Positions 9,763 to 20,236 of a stretch of 64,000 bases of DNA are shown here, piece by piece (position 1 is the stretch's first letter; each line of letters opens with the position of its first letter). The stretch lies in NCBI GenBank assembly GCA_038227875.1, contig JBBRPR010000003.1, positions 64,001 to 128,000 on the forward strand, read 5' to 3'. The DNA comes from Planctomycetota bacterium (lineage in GTDB: Bacteria; Planctomycetota; SZUA-567; H5-PLA8). Made by a program: the position numbers and the translations under genes. The notes under the pieces are model-generated. The model did no database searches and had not been told where the DNA came from. It saw nothing but the letters and a program-made list of their open reading frames with translations.

Positions 9763-10958
9763 ACCGCGCAGGGGACCCGACACCGCAATCACAGACTCGT
9801 TTTTGGGACCGCGATTGCCGGGTCTTTCTCTTCGTTATCGTCTGCACCTTTTTTGGACTGCGGTTGGGGGGCGCGCTGCCCGAATTCTGGTGGGACAAAT
9901 TTCCCAGCCCCGACGCGGTGCCGTTTGCTGACCTGGTCTTTATCACGCAGGGCGGTGAAGCGCTGGCCCATGGAGAGCCTGCGGTCGCGACGGGCGCTTT
10001 CTCCTATCCCCCGCCCTGCTATTGGTTCGGCTACCTGGGCCTGCGCGACTCGCATCGCATTATTCTCGGCTGGGCGCTGGCTGTGGTTTTCTTCGCCTCG
10101 GTACTCTGGATGAGCGGACGCATTGCGTTCGTGCACGCGCCGCTTTATCTGGTGCTGCTCTGCTCGCCGCCGTTGGTGCTGGCGGTGAGCCGGGGCAATA
10201 TCGATCTCTTTGTGGTCATCCTGATGGCCTGCGCCGTCGCGCTGCTGGGGAGACAAAGCCCGCTGCCCAGAGCGTTCGCGTACGCGCTCATTTTTTACGC
10301 CGCGCTGTTGAAGCTCTATCCAATCGCGGCAGTGGTCGTGGCGGTTCGCGAGCGCCGGTGGCGTGGCGTGCTCATCGCCACCGGACTGGTGGCTGCGTTT
10401 GGACTTTACGCCTGGGTGATTCGCGACCAATTGCGGCAGATGACGCTGCTGGTGCCGCACGGTAAATATCTCTCGTTTGGCGCGGCAGTGCTCGTCGATC
10501 GAGCCACAGCCAACTACGCGTACAACAAAGGGATCGGATTCGGCCTGAGCGCGCTGGTGCTGGTCTGTGCCTGGCTGACCAGTTGGCGGGGAAGGTGGGC
10601 GGGAGTGCTGGCCGCGCCGGAATCCAGATCGTTGGACGCCTTCCGAATTGGCGCGGCGCTCTTTGCGGGCTGCTTTGCGGTGGTTCAGTACAATTTCATT
10701 TACCGCTTCGTCGTAGTGCTCCTGACGGTGCCGCAATGGATCGCGTGGAGCCGGAAACTGGGATTGACTGCCTCGCTCGCGACAACGGCATTGACACTGC
10801 TGGTGCTGACCTTCTGGATTCCCCGCTACCCGTGGAACTGGACGCAACTGGACCAAGTGTGCGATCTTGCCTTATTCGCGCTGAATCTCTTTGCCTTGGT
10901 GGACTCGCTGCCGGCGCACTACCGCATTGATCGCATCAATCGCCCGGCGGAAATTTGA
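9759..10958 (+). CDS. GT-C fold membrane glycosyltransferase (GT87/DUF2029-like)
   Basis: Multi-TM; FSYPP, RGNID, LKLYP motifs. Confidence 0.7.
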   Translation: MNRAGDPTPQSQTRFWDRDCRVFLFVIVCTFFGLRLGGALPEFWWDKFPSPDAVPFADLVFITQGGEALAHGEPAVATGAFSYPPPCYWFGYLGLRDSHRIILGWALAVVFFASVLWMSGRIAFVHAPLYLVLLCSPPLVLAVSRGNIDLFVVILMACAVALLGRQSPLPRAFAYALIFYAALLKLYPIAAVVVAVRERRWRGVLIATGLVAAFGLYAWVIRDQLRQMTLLVPHGKYLSFGAAVLVDRATANYAYNKGIGFGLSALVLVCAWLTSWRGRWAGVLAAPESRSLDAFRIGAALFAGCFAVVQYNFIYRFVVVLLTVPQWIAWSRKLGLTASLATTALTLLVLTFWIPRYPWNWTQLDQVCDLALFALNLFALVDSLPAHYRIDRINRPAEI

Positions 10959-10998
10959 CGCTCTCTCGCGGCGCTGTTTGTGGTACATATCACCCATC

Positions 10999-12015
10999 AT
11001 GACACGCACCGGTCCGGCGTCGCTCGACGTCATCATTCCGCTCTTTAACGAAGAGGAGATGATCGATCTGCTCACGGCGGAGCTGTCGCGTACGTTTTCG
11101 CCCGAAGCGCTGGCCAAGCACGGGCTCAGCCGCGTTCGTTACATCATGATCGACGACGGCAGCAGCGACAATACGGCCACGGCGGTGAGCGCGAAAATCG
11201 CCGCGGGTTTTCCGGCAGTGCTCTGCCGGCTCTCGCGAAATTTCGGACATCAAAACGCTGTCTGCGCCGGTCTGGATTACTCGGACGCCGATCTGACCGG
11301 TGTCATCGACGCCGATTTGCAGGACCCGCCGGAATTGCTGCTGCAAATGGCCGACAAGTGGCGCGAGGGGTTCCACGTCATTTACGCCGAGCGCCGCAAA
11401 CGCCAGGAATCGGTGGTGAAGCGGATTGGCTACTGGTCCTTCTATCGCATCGTCGCCTTTCTCTCGAGCGTCCACATGCCGCTGGACAGCGGCGATTTCT
11501 GTCTGATGGATCGCCAGGTCGTCAAAGCGCTGCGGCGGCTGCCGGAGAATCTGCGCTTCGTTCGCGGCCTGCGCGCGTGGGTGGGATTCAAGCAGACGGG
11601 ATTGCCCTTCGACCGTCCCGCGCGCAAGGCCGGCGTGACCAAATACTCCTTCGGCAAATTGTACAAACTGGCCACCGACGGCATCGCTTCGTTCAGCATC
11701 CGGCCCTTGAAAGTCGCGCAGGTTTTGTCGTTCTCCTATTTTATTCTCTCCGCGGGGCTGGTCGGATTTCTGCTCGTGGGTTTGCTGCTGGGCCACCAGT
11801 TTTCCATTCCGCCGCTGACGCTGATTACTTATTTGCTGATCGTCTCGGGCAACGGTGCGCTCTGCTTGTGCGTGTACATCTTGGGCGCCTACGTGGGACG
11901 CACGTATCTGGAGGTCAAGCAGCGGCCGGTCTATATCGTTCAGGAAATCGTCCACAACAACGACGTCGTCGGCACACCGAGAAACGCCGCCGACGCGCCG
12001 CACGTCCTCGATTGA
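10999..12015 (+). CDS. Family 2 glycosyltransferase, GtrB/ArnC-like polyprenyl-phosphate sugar transferase
   Basis: IIPLFNEEE, DDGSSD, LSRNFGHQ, IDADLQDPPE, GDFCLMDR, two C-terminal TMs. Confidence 0.93.
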   Translation: MTRTGPASLDVIIPLFNEEEMIDLLTAELSRTFSPEALAKHGLSRVRYIMIDDGSSDNTATAVSAKIAAGFPAVLCRLSRNFGHQNAVCAGLDYSDADLTGVIDADLQDPPELLLQMADKWREGFHVIYAERRKRQESVVKRIGYWSFYRIVAFLSSVHMPLDSGDFCLMDRQVVKALRRLPENLRFVRGLRAWVGFKQTGLPFDRPARKAGVTKYSFGKLYKLATDGIASFSIRPLKVAQVLSFSYFILSAGLVGFLLVGLLLGHQFSIPPLTLITYLLIVSGNGALCLCVYILGAYVGRTYLEVKQRPVYIVQEIVHNNDVVGTPRNAADAPHVLD

Positions 12016-12021
12016 CCAGAA

Positions 12022-13935
12022 TCAATGCCCGTTGCTTGACCGCGCGGCATACACGGCGAAAAATCCATCGCTGATCGGTTTGACCGTCATGCCGGGCGGA
12101 ACGCGCGGCAGCGTTCGCTTCAAGATCACAATCACATCGCAATGGTCGCGGGCGAATGCCTGCTCCAGGTCGATGAAATCATCGTCGTAGCGCGTGACGA
12201 AATGTTCAAAATGGGGCCCGAAGAGTGCGTATTCGGTGACGAACGTTCCGGTGCCGGAACCGATCCGCGACGGCGGCAGGCCGGCGACAAAGTGCTCCAG
12301 TGGAATCACGCGCGAATTGCCTCGCCAGCGTTGCTCCTCGGGCGGTAGTTGCCAGATCGCCGGCCCGGCTTTGGTGGGAATGAGCGGTTTGTCGAGATTC
12401 AACAGCAGAGTCATGAACGATCCCGTGACGGGCAGCACGGTGATAAGCGACCACGCCACGCGACGGGTCGACCGTGAGCACTTTCCTGAAATCCACCAGA
12501 GCCCCCACGAGCCCAATGTGACCGAACAGAGCATGGGGGCGCAAAAAAAACGGCCGGCGGTCTGGTAGCGCAGCATCACCAGATGAAACACCGTATGGCC
12601 TACCGGAAGCGCCGCCAGTCCCAGCCAGACCAGGCCGCTGGTTCTCCGTCGCAGGAGCCGGGCGGCAGCGCGGACCATGGCGATCAAACTTCCCAGCATG
12701 ATCAAGTCGCCGGCCACTCCAAACCACGCGAACCGGTCCGTACGCTCGTTGTAGTCAAAGCCGAAGTAGCCGCCAAACAGCGTGGACTCCGGCGCGTTCA
12801 GCCAGCGTTCGTCGGGAAAAAAGTACTGGACCTCCCGCTTGAATTTGTCTTCAAGGCCATCCAGTGGGTATGGCAGGTCGTTGGTATCGATGACATCGCT
12901 GGCCAGTCGCAGCGCATTGACCGCGACGGTCCTGCTGTTGGGATAGATCACGAAGACGTGGCTATGCTCGCAGACAAAGTGGCCGATGCTCCGGTACACG
13001 CGCAGCATGTGCGGCACGGTGAAGAGCAGTATTCCCAGCAGCATGACGCCGCCGATGCCCGCCAGATCCGGCAGCGACAAAGTCCGGTAACGCCTCGCGG
13101 CGAGGACATACAAAACCGCCAGCCCCGGCGCGAGAAACCAGGTGGTCGGCTTGGTGCCGCCGGCGAGACCCACACTGATCGCGGCCAGCAGCGCATACGG
13201 CGTGAACGCGCGCTGCGCGAAGCTCAGCGTAAAGTAAACGGCCGCCACGCAGAACCAGGCGGCGATGCCGTCCACCAGCACGCTGGTTGCTTGAATGGCG
13301 ATCTGCGGAAAGCCCAGTGCCAGCGCCGCGCTAAGCACGACCAATCCCCGCGGAAATTTCAGACGCCACGAAATTCCGGCGACCGCAATCGCACCAAAGA
13401 TACTCGCGAACCACGAGACCAGCGCCGCGAGGCGGTCGCTGTGCGTCAACGCGCAGCTCCAGATCATCAGCAGCGTCGCATTGATTGGGAAGAGAGTCTC
13501 TCGCTGGTCCGGCGACGGGAACACGTCTAGCGAATTGCGCGCAAGGTATTGGAAAATGCGCGGCAAGTGATACGCCAGCCCGTCCGGAGTATTCGGCGGA
13601 ACCGCAATCGCGAGCACGAACAGCCCTGCGTAAGCCACACCGACAAGGCGCAGCGGCCACGAGCGCACGAAATCCCACGATGGTTTTTGGATCAGCGCTC
13701 TGGGTTTCAGCAGTGCCGCCGCACCGGCGGCAACGAGTGGCGCCGCAAACCAGTGCACCGGACTGTTGAGAATTCGGAGCAACGACAGCGTTTCGCCAAG
13801 AAGGACGATTCCCGCGGCGCAAAAAATGGGCGCTGCGACCGCGCGATCGAACGAGCGGTCAAAGAGCCGGGCCGCCACGCGATAGCTGGCGTACCCCGCG
13901 GCGGCTGCGGATATAAACCAGGCTAGAAATCCCAT
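12022..13935 (-). CDS. Multi-TM GT-C-like glycosyltransferase (ArnT/PMT-like)
   Basis: PPNTPDGLAYHLPR motif, GTKPT, many TM segments. Confidence 0.7.
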   Translation of the reverse strand: MGFLAWFISAAAAGYASYRVAARLFDRSFDRAVAAPIFCAAGIVLLGETLSLLRILNSPVHWFAAPLVAAGAAALLKPRALIQKPSWDFVRSWPLRLVGVAYAGLFVLAIAVPPNTPDGLAYHLPRIFQYLARNSLDVFPSPDQRETLFPINATLLMIWSCALTHSDRLAALVSWFASIFGAIAVAGISWRLKFPRGLVVLSAALALGFPQIAIQATSVLVDGIAAWFCVAAVYFTLSFAQRAFTPYALLAAISVGLAGGTKPTTWFLAPGLAVLYVLAARRYRTLSLPDLAGIGGVMLLGILLFTVPHMLRVYRSIGHFVCEHSHVFVIYPNSRTVAVNALRLASDVIDTNDLPYPLDGLEDKFKREVQYFFPDERWLNAPESTLFGGYFGFDYNERTDRFAWFGVAGDLIMLGSLIAMVRAAARLLRRRTSGLVWLGLAALPVGHTVFHLVMLRYQTAGRFFCAPMLCSVTLGSWGLWWISGKCSRSTRRVAWSLITVLPVTGSFMTLLLNLDKPLIPTKAGPAIWQLPPEEQRWRGNSRVIPLEHFVAGLPPSRIGSGTGTFVTEYALFGPHFEHFVTRYDDDFIDLEQAFARDHCDVIVILKRTLPRVPPGMTVKPISDGFFAVYAARSSNGH

Positions 13936-13986
13936 CGATCCGCGTGGCCTCGCGTGACTGCCAAGTGTAACGTTGCGAGTTGGATT

Positions 13987-15906
13987 CTAGTCCACGGCCG
14001 CGGGCGAGTCGGAGGTATTTTTGGATTTTCGGCGACGGAGTTTTTCCAGCGTCCACTGCCAGAATTCGCGGGGCTCTTCCATGCGCAGCGCCATCGAGAT
14101 GCCCAGATATATCAACGCGCCCACGACCGCGATAATGGCTGCTTCGCCGCCGTGAATCAGCTTGGCCATTTTCGAGAGCGACTGAGTCTGCGCGTCGCCC
14201 CTGGTGAATTTGTCGATCTGCTTGGTCACGATCGGATTCAATGCCATCGACAAACCCCACGCACACACGGCTGTGGCAGTGCCGGCAACCAACGTGCGGA
14301 AGACGAAGCCAATATTTTCGGCAACGGGAAAAACCGGAACGGTACTCTTCAACATCGTCACCAGCACGATGACTTTCAGGACGCGCGCCAGAACCAGGCA
14401 GATCGACAGACCAATCAGGATATCCATGGGATCGGTGAGATTGTCCCCCAGCGCCTTCGCTGCCGCGGCAGTCAGTCCGGAGAAGATCAACCCGGCGATC
14501 GTCGGCGCGATCATGCGGCGGCTGGAGAAAAACGCCTGCATCACCATCATTTCCACGGCGACGAACGTCATTTCAATACAGAAGATCTGAACGACCACGG
14601 ACGAAAACTTCGCTTCCTTGAGGCCGATGTTTTCGCCCGCGAACAAGGCCAGCGTCAGCGGCAGGGCGCCAGCCGCGATCACGATGCTCAAAGGCACGAA
14701 AAACCAGACCAGCATCCGGATCACGCGCGTCAGCACGTCGCCGAGCTGCTTGTTGTCGTCGCGCGCGGAGATGTCGCAGAAAAACGGCAGCAGCGCGATG
14801 GAGAGCGCATACGGAATCAGCGAATTAACTGAACCCGAGATGGTTCGGCCGAGCTTGTAGTACGTCGGCAGATTGGCTTTCGAGGTCAGTACGTACTGCA
14901 CGACATTGTCGCGGAAACGCGAAATGAAAATGCCCGCCAGCAGCGGCAGTACCAGCATGATAAACGCACTGACATACGGGTCGCGCAGGTTCAGCGAGAA
15001 GCGGTACTGTTTCAACCGACTCCAGCGCAAAGCCAGCACGTGGGTCATCAATTTAACGCCGCCGCCGAGCACCACACCCAGCGCCAGAAAACGCCAGTCG
15101 CCCCTGTTGACGCCTTGATGAATACCCAGCAGCGCTCCGGCGAGTATCCCGATCTTCACGGCTGCGTCGCCGAAGGCCGCCCAGAAGAATTCCTTGTACG
15201 CGTTTAAAATCATGTAGGTGAGGCTGGCCAGCGAAAGACCCAGCAGCCCCAGCGCCGACCAGCGCAGCATCTTCACCGCGTAATCGAAACGTTCGCTCCG
15301 CCCGGCCAAATCCTTGTCGATGGCCTCGGCATTGAGGACCTCCGCGCGCGTCACAGTCTCCTCGATGATCTCAGAGCCATCTTTTGAGGATACGTGAAAC
15401 GTGTATTCCTGCGGCGTGCTGGAAACCATTTCGGCTTTGTATTTCGACGCGAGAGTCTCCACTTCCACCGTGCGGCTGTCCCATTTCGCCAGCACGCGCA
15501 CCACCTGAGTGGGGAAGACCATCAGCACGGAGATCACGCCGATGAGAATGATCGTTTGCGCATTGAACAAAATGGAGGTGTAGTGCCATGCGCGCGCTTC
15601 GCCGTCCTTTTCGCGCGCGCTGGTGAAGACCGGCAGGTACGCGGGGCCCAGACATTGCTCGCCGATCAGGAACGCGGTGTTGAGCACGCTTTCCCAGATC
15701 ACGTTGTACGCGTCACTGACAGCCAGCGAATAACCGTTGGAGATGCGGTTGGTCATGACGTAGCCGGCCAGCCGCACGCAGACGTGCGCCGCCAGCACGA
15801 CAAACCCCGCGCGGAGAATGCGGTTGCCCAGTGATTTCTTCGGCTTCGGAGATGTAGGGGAAGGCGTGGTTTCCAGAAGCGGCTCCGTACGGGTGTTGGA
15901 ACTCAA
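13987..15906 (-). CDS. murJ: Lipid II flippase MurJ (MviN)
   Basis: SDAY, GPAYLPVF, LNAYKEFFWAAF, ALSIALLP, QAFFS; 14-TM-like pattern. Confidence 0.85.
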   Translation of the reverse strand: MSSNTRTEPLLETTPSPTSPKPKKSLGNRILRAGFVVLAAHVCVRLAGYVMTNRISNGYSLAVSDAYNVIWESVLNTAFLIGEQCLGPAYLPVFTSAREKDGEARAWHYTSILFNAQTIILIGVISVLMVFPTQVVRVLAKWDSRTVEVETLASKYKAEMVSSTPQEYTFHVSSKDGSEIIEETVTRAEVLNAEAIDKDLAGRSERFDYAVKMLRWSALGLLGLSLASLTYMILNAYKEFFWAAFGDAAVKIGILAGALLGIHQGVNRGDWRFLALGVVLGGGVKLMTHVLALRWSRLKQYRFSLNLRDPYVSAFIMLVLPLLAGIFISRFRDNVVQYVLTSKANLPTYYKLGRTISGSVNSLIPYALSIALLPFFCDISARDDNKQLGDVLTRVIRMLVWFFVPLSIVIAAGALPLTLALFAGENIGLKEAKFSSVVVQIFCIEMTFVAVEMMVMQAFFSSRRMIAPTIAGLIFSGLTAAAAKALGDNLTDPMDILIGLSICLVLARVLKVIVLVTMLKSTVPVFPVAENIGFVFRTLVAGTATAVCAWGLSMALNPIVTKQIDKFTRGDAQTQSLSKMAKLIHGGEAAIIAVVGALIYLGISMALRMEEPREFWQWTLEKLRRRKSKNTSDSPAAVD

Positions 15907-15933
15907 CCGTTCAACGAAAGACGTACACGAGCA

Positions 15934-16695
15934 CTACTTCTTGTTTTCCGCCGCGGCCTGATTGGCCTGATTGGCTGCCTGCATTTTCAATTCCGGGCCG
16001 CTGGCTCGCAGGTACAGCGGGGCGAGACTGTGAATCGCCGCCGGCGTGCGCTGCGCTTCCCCGCGCACCAGGCGTTCCCAGCCGCATTCCGCCAGCGCCG
16101 CCGCCGTGATGTGTTCGCAGCCGCGCAGCACGGTCCAGTTGCGCTTCGCTGCTTCGGCTTCCAGCGCCGCCAGGCAGACTTCGTCGCCGCAGAGCGCCAC
16201 AGGAATGCCCGGATGCTTTTCCAGCGCCGCGTCCACCGCACTCAACATCGGCGCTTGCTCCAACACGCCTTCAACTACCCACCGTTCAGGCTGACTGGAA
16301 GTCTCGCCAAATAGCGCGCAAAAATGCCAGCCGTTGCGGCCATCGCGCAGGGTCAACCGCGCATGACCTGGCGCGCGCCGGGACGCGTCGAAGGCGAGCG
16401 CTTCAAAACTGGGTACACCGAGAACGCCGATCTGTGCGCCCCAAGCCAGCGCTTTTGCGGCGCTCAGCCCGATGCGCAGGCCCGTCCACGATCCCGGTCC
16501 CAGCGAAACGGCGACGGCTTCCAGTTCCTGCGGCTTGAGATTCTGCGCGCTCAACGCCTTGTCAATCAGCGGTGCCAGAGCACGGCCGTGAATCGAGCCG
16601 GCTGTCACGTTCTCCGAAAACAGCAATCCGCTCTCGGCGCGCAGCGCGACACCCAACGATTTACCAGACGTTTCAATGGCCAACAGCGGACGCAT
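15934..16695 (-). CDS. tsaB: tRNA threonylcarbamoyladenosine biosynthesis protein TsaB
   Basis: LLAIETS, VSLGPGSWTGLRIG, LAPLYLR. Confidence 0.92.
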   Translation of the reverse strand: MRPLLAIETSGKSLGVALRAESGLLFSENVTAGSIHGRALAPLIDKALSAQNLKPQELEAVAVSLGPGSWTGLRIGLSAAKALAWGAQIGVLGVPSFEALAFDASRRAPGHARLTLRDGRNGWHFCALFGETSSQPERWVVEGVLEQAPMLSAVDAALEKHPGIPVALCGDEVCLAALEAEAAKRNWTVLRGCEHITAAALAECGWERLVRGEAQRTPAAIHSLAPLYLRASGPELKMQAANQANQAAAENKK

Positions 16696-16830
16696 GATGG
16701 GAGCTCTTTCGGCAATGTGGTTCGAAGTTCCGAATCTACGCGCAGAGTTAAGAATCGTCAACGAAAGGGGAACAGACATAAGGAGGCAGCTGCAGTAGGC
16801 GGTTCTTGGCGGCTCTGCGTGTGAATGGAA

Positions 16831-19545
16831 TTACAGGGATTTCTTGTCGCTGGCGATTTCCAGCTTCCAGTCTTTCATCGGCGTGTTTTCGAGATTGACC
16901 TGGTTGACGAAGTAGAAGAGCGCGCGCGTGGCGGGCTTGTCGATGAAATTGAAGCGTTCCTTCAGGTAGTACGGCGGCAGGGATTGATAGTAAAGCGTCG
17001 CGCTGACGATCAGTGGTTGATTGGGCGCGAGCGTCAACGGGACCTCGTAGCGCAGCGTGTCGCTGCCGCTGCCGTCGTTGTAGTCCTTGTCCTTCTTCGC
17101 GTCGCCGACCGGCGCGGTTAGATCCGCGTCAGGTCCGTTGTGGCTCCAGCCCCGCGGCAGGATCCGGTTGTCTTTCACAATGTCGCGCAGGCTGATGAAA
17201 CTGGTCGTCAGGTGGTGATCGCTGCCGGCGACGAGCAACTCGTAAATCTGAACTTGATCCTCGCGCGTGATGGTGTCGAAGTGTGGCTGGTACTGATTTT
17301 TCTCGAGCGACTCCGAGTTCAGCGGCACAAACACGCCCTTCTCGGTTATGCCGATCGTGCCGAAGCTGTCCGTGCCACCGGAGACCCAGATCGGTTGGCC
17401 GCCGGACGTGACTTTGAATTCAATGAACGCGCGGCGGAATCCGACACCGGAGGGGAACTTGTGCCCGGCCTGATTCTCGATTTTTACGCTCGCGGAGATC
17501 CCCTTGTCGGTGCGCTTGAGGTCAAAGAGCGTGATTTTCGCGGTCTGCTTCTGCGCCATTTCCAGGCTGGTCTGCAGCGCAAGATCCTGGCCGGGGATGC
17601 CGTTTTCAGCAGTGAAGAGATTGTCGCGGCGCTGAACTCCCAGCAGCCATGGAAACTGGCTGAACATCTCCGTGACGAACGTGTTGATGCCGTGGAGCGA
17701 ATGTCGCGAGTACGGTTCCTTCGGATCTTCGCCGCGCAGCGCGAGCGTGAGTTTCGCATCCGGGGCGCGGCCTTCGTTGGCGGGAAACGTGTTGTCCTCG
17801 ATGGTCGCAATTTTGAATTTGAGCGGCGCTGCGCCTACGCCACTGTACGTGCGCGGCATGTGGCAATTCTGGCAGCTCTGCTTGCGGGGATTGTCGGGCT
17901 TCTCCTCGTCGGAGAATTCGCTGTTCTTCCACTCCAGGTACGTGGTCTGTTCGTGAAATGTTTTCGCGGGCTTTTCCACATCAGCCTTCGCGTATTTTTT
18001 GTCGCGATCGAGCGACGGCGTCACGACCGTATGGCAGGAGCCGCACATTTTGGAGCTGCGCAGCTGTTCGCCATACTTGGGCGTCAGACCGAGGCTCTGT
18101 TCCATCGGCAGCGTCATCACGGTCTGATACGGCCCGAATATTTCGTTGGCCTTCTCAGCGACCTTGAATTTCCCCGTGTACGACGCGGGCGTGCCGAGCC
18201 CATCGGGCAGCATGCGGTGGCAGACCGCGCACGAGACCCCGTCGCGCGCGAGCGCGCCGTATGCAGCGTGATCGCCATCCTTGTCCGCGGCGGCGGTGAC
18301 AAAACCGTGCTGGAAGAGTTCGTCGCCGCCCTTGTCGTGAGCGAACTGCCGCTGGCCCATAACGCCATGGCAGCTCAGGCACGTGTTGTCGATCTCTTTG
18401 GCAAGCTCGGGATGCAATTCGCGCTCGGCTTCCAACTGCGCATAGAAGACCGGATCGCGGCCGGACAGGCCCATCATCGAATTACGCCATTCACTGAACG
18501 GCGACAGGTTGGCCAGCTTCTCGGCTTTCGGGCCGACGGGCATGATCATATTGGGCAGCGTCGAGAAAAACTGCGTCGCACCGTGGCACGCCGAACAGTT
18601 GCTGGCGGTGACGAACTGCTTGTGCCCGTCCGGCTGCGGCCCCTGCGGAACGTGATCGTAACTCGAGAACGGCAGCGGCTCCGGCACAAAGCCGTCGGAG
18701 ATCTTGTCCAGGACCCTCCAGTAGTCGGCGCGCTTTTTCGAGAATGGAACCTTCCACGTTTCGGTGTTGTAACGCTCGTCGCTCGGCGGCGTATGGATGT
18801 CAACAATCGACGTCGCTTTGCCGATCATCGGGATGGGCACGATCGTTGTGAACGAGGGCTGCGGGCCGTTGACATTCCGCATCGTGGCGAAAATCGATTC
18901 CTTGTTGTCCGTCGACGCGTGGCAGGTGATGCAGGAGAGTCCGAAGCCGGCGTTGGGATCGAAAAAGCGGAGCGCGTTTTCCGGCTTGGGTTTGAGCAGT
19001 GGTCCGCCATCGCTCCAGAACCAGCCATCCCACGAAGCTTTCTTGTCTTTGATGGCGATGCTATACGACGTCGCTTCGTTCAGAAATTTCTCGGGATTCT
19101 TCGGGTCGCGCGGGAAGATTTCCTTCACGATCATTTCGCCATCGGCGATCGCGCCCGTCCGGCCGCCGCTCAGCCACGCCCAGACGCCGGGTGAATAATA
19201 TACTTTTACGCCGCCCGGCCCGTGCGTCCCGAAAGACTCGATTGTGCCAGCCGTGGTGACAATGTACGGCCCGGTCGCGCGGATCTCGGGGTCGTGATTC
19301 CACTGGTGGTATTTGGCGGCAATGATAAAGGCGTTGAGCTTTTCGGAGAACTTCTCCGCGCCCATTTCAGAGGGAATGCCGATGGGAAATTTGTAATCAT
19401 CGGCGGCGAAAACCGGTTGCGTCGCAAGGGCGCTGAACAGCAACGCGAGGGCGGTCAGAAATTCAACGCGGAGATGGAAAATTAGACTGGGGAGAGAGCG
19501 TCGTTGCATAAGGGTCCGCTGTGGCCGCGCGCACGTCACACTCAT
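16831..19545 (-). CDS. Periplasmic multiheme cytochrome c (6 CxxCH) with N-terminal cytochrome P460-like domain
   Basis: Signal peptide; GEMIVKE, GWFW and CITCH (P460-like), then CSACH, CLSCH, CAVCH, CGSCH, CQNCH, and GHKFPSG; alternative start 19509. Confidence 0.85.
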   Translation of the reverse strand: MSVTCARPQRTLMQRRSLPSLIFHLRVEFLTALALLFSALATQPVFAADDYKFPIGIPSEMGAEKFSEKLNAFIIAAKYHQWNHDPEIRATGPYIVTTAGTIESFGTHGPGGVKVYYSPGVWAWLSGGRTGAIADGEMIVKEIFPRDPKNPEKFLNEATSYSIAIKDKKASWDGWFWSDGGPLLKPKPENALRFFDPNAGFGLSCITCHASTDNKESIFATMRNVNGPQPSFTTIVPIPMIGKATSIVDIHTPPSDERYNTETWKVPFSKKRADYWRVLDKISDGFVPEPLPFSSYDHVPQGPQPDGHKQFVTASNCSACHGATQFFSTLPNMIMPVGPKAEKLANLSPFSEWRNSMMGLSGRDPVFYAQLEAERELHPELAKEIDNTCLSCHGVMGQRQFAHDKGGDELFQHGFVTAAADKDGDHAAYGALARDGVSCAVCHRMLPDGLGTPASYTGKFKVAEKANEIFGPYQTVMTLPMEQSLGLTPKYGEQLRSSKMCGSCHTVVTPSLDRDKKYAKADVEKPAKTFHEQTTYLEWKNSEFSDEEKPDNPRKQSCQNCHMPRTYSGVGAAPLKFKIATIEDNTFPANEGRAPDAKLTLALRGEDPKEPYSRHSLHGINTFVTEMFSQFPWLLGVQRRDNLFTAENGIPGQDLALQTSLEMAQKQTAKITLFDLKRTDKGISASVKIENQAGHKFPSGVGFRRAFIEFKVTSGGQPIWVSGGTDSFGTIGITEKGVFVPLNSESLEKNQYQPHFDTITREDQVQIYELLVAGSDHHLTTSFISLRDIVKDNRILPRGWSHNGPDADLTAPVGDAKKDKDYNDGSGSDTLRYEVPLTLAPNQPLIVSATLYYQSLPPYYLKERFNFIDKPATRALFYFVNQVNLENTPMKDWKLEIASDKKSL

Positions 19546-19694
19546 GTTAGTAATAGGACGCGCGCGGGCAACGGGAATTCAAACGGAGTGCGCATTGCTT
19601 GAACTTCATTTTTATTTAGCACTTTCACCGTTCTCGCGTCTATAATCGTGGGCCGCGCCGGGTTGCAGGCGCGGGTGAGTGTGAAGGATAGATT

Positions 19695-20186
19695 ATGCAG
19701 TGGGTTGTGTGGTTGCCGTGGCTGGCCTATTTCGGTTCCGGATGGGCGATCGGTCTGGTCCTCGAGTACTTCCTTCACATCATCATGCACCGCCGCAGTC
19801 TGGCGTTTCACATTCATCATCATCATGATTTTTTCAATCTGCCCGCGCGCGAAGTGGCGATCAAGGACCTGAGCCCCCGCTTGAACGTGGTCTTCCTGCT
19901 GGGTCTGCTGCTGGTGGCTGCTCCATTGATGTACTGGCTGGGCTGGAAGCCCGTCGTCGTGGGCTGGGCTGGCGTGGTCTGGCATATCCTGATCGTTTAC
20001 GAAGCCTGCCACGCGCTGATACATTACGACGCGATCATTCCGGAGCTGATCGAGCGGCGCGGCGCCTATCAATGGTGGCGCGCGTGCCATGTGGAACACC
20101 ACCGGCATTCACCCGCGGGAAATTACTGCGTTTCGTTTCCCGTGCTGGATGTTCTCTTCGGAACATATATTCGTCCGAAGACCTGA
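19695..20186 (+). CDS. Fatty acid hydroxylase / sterol desaturase family membrane di-iron protein
   Basis: His boxes HIIMH, HIHHH, HALIH, HVEHH; GNYCVSFPVLDVLFGT. Confidence 0.85.
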   Translation: MQWVVWLPWLAYFGSGWAIGLVLEYFLHIIMHRRSLAFHIHHHHDFFNLPAREVAIKDLSPRLNVVFLLGLLLVAAPLMYWLGWKPVVVGWAGVVWHILIVYEACHALIHYDAIIPELIERRGAYQWWRACHVEHHRHSPAGNYCVSFPVLDVLFGTYIRPKT

Positions 20187-20236
20187 ATTTCTCGCAAGTT
20201 CCAACTCGATTATTCGTTTAACGTGCGGGGAGAACT

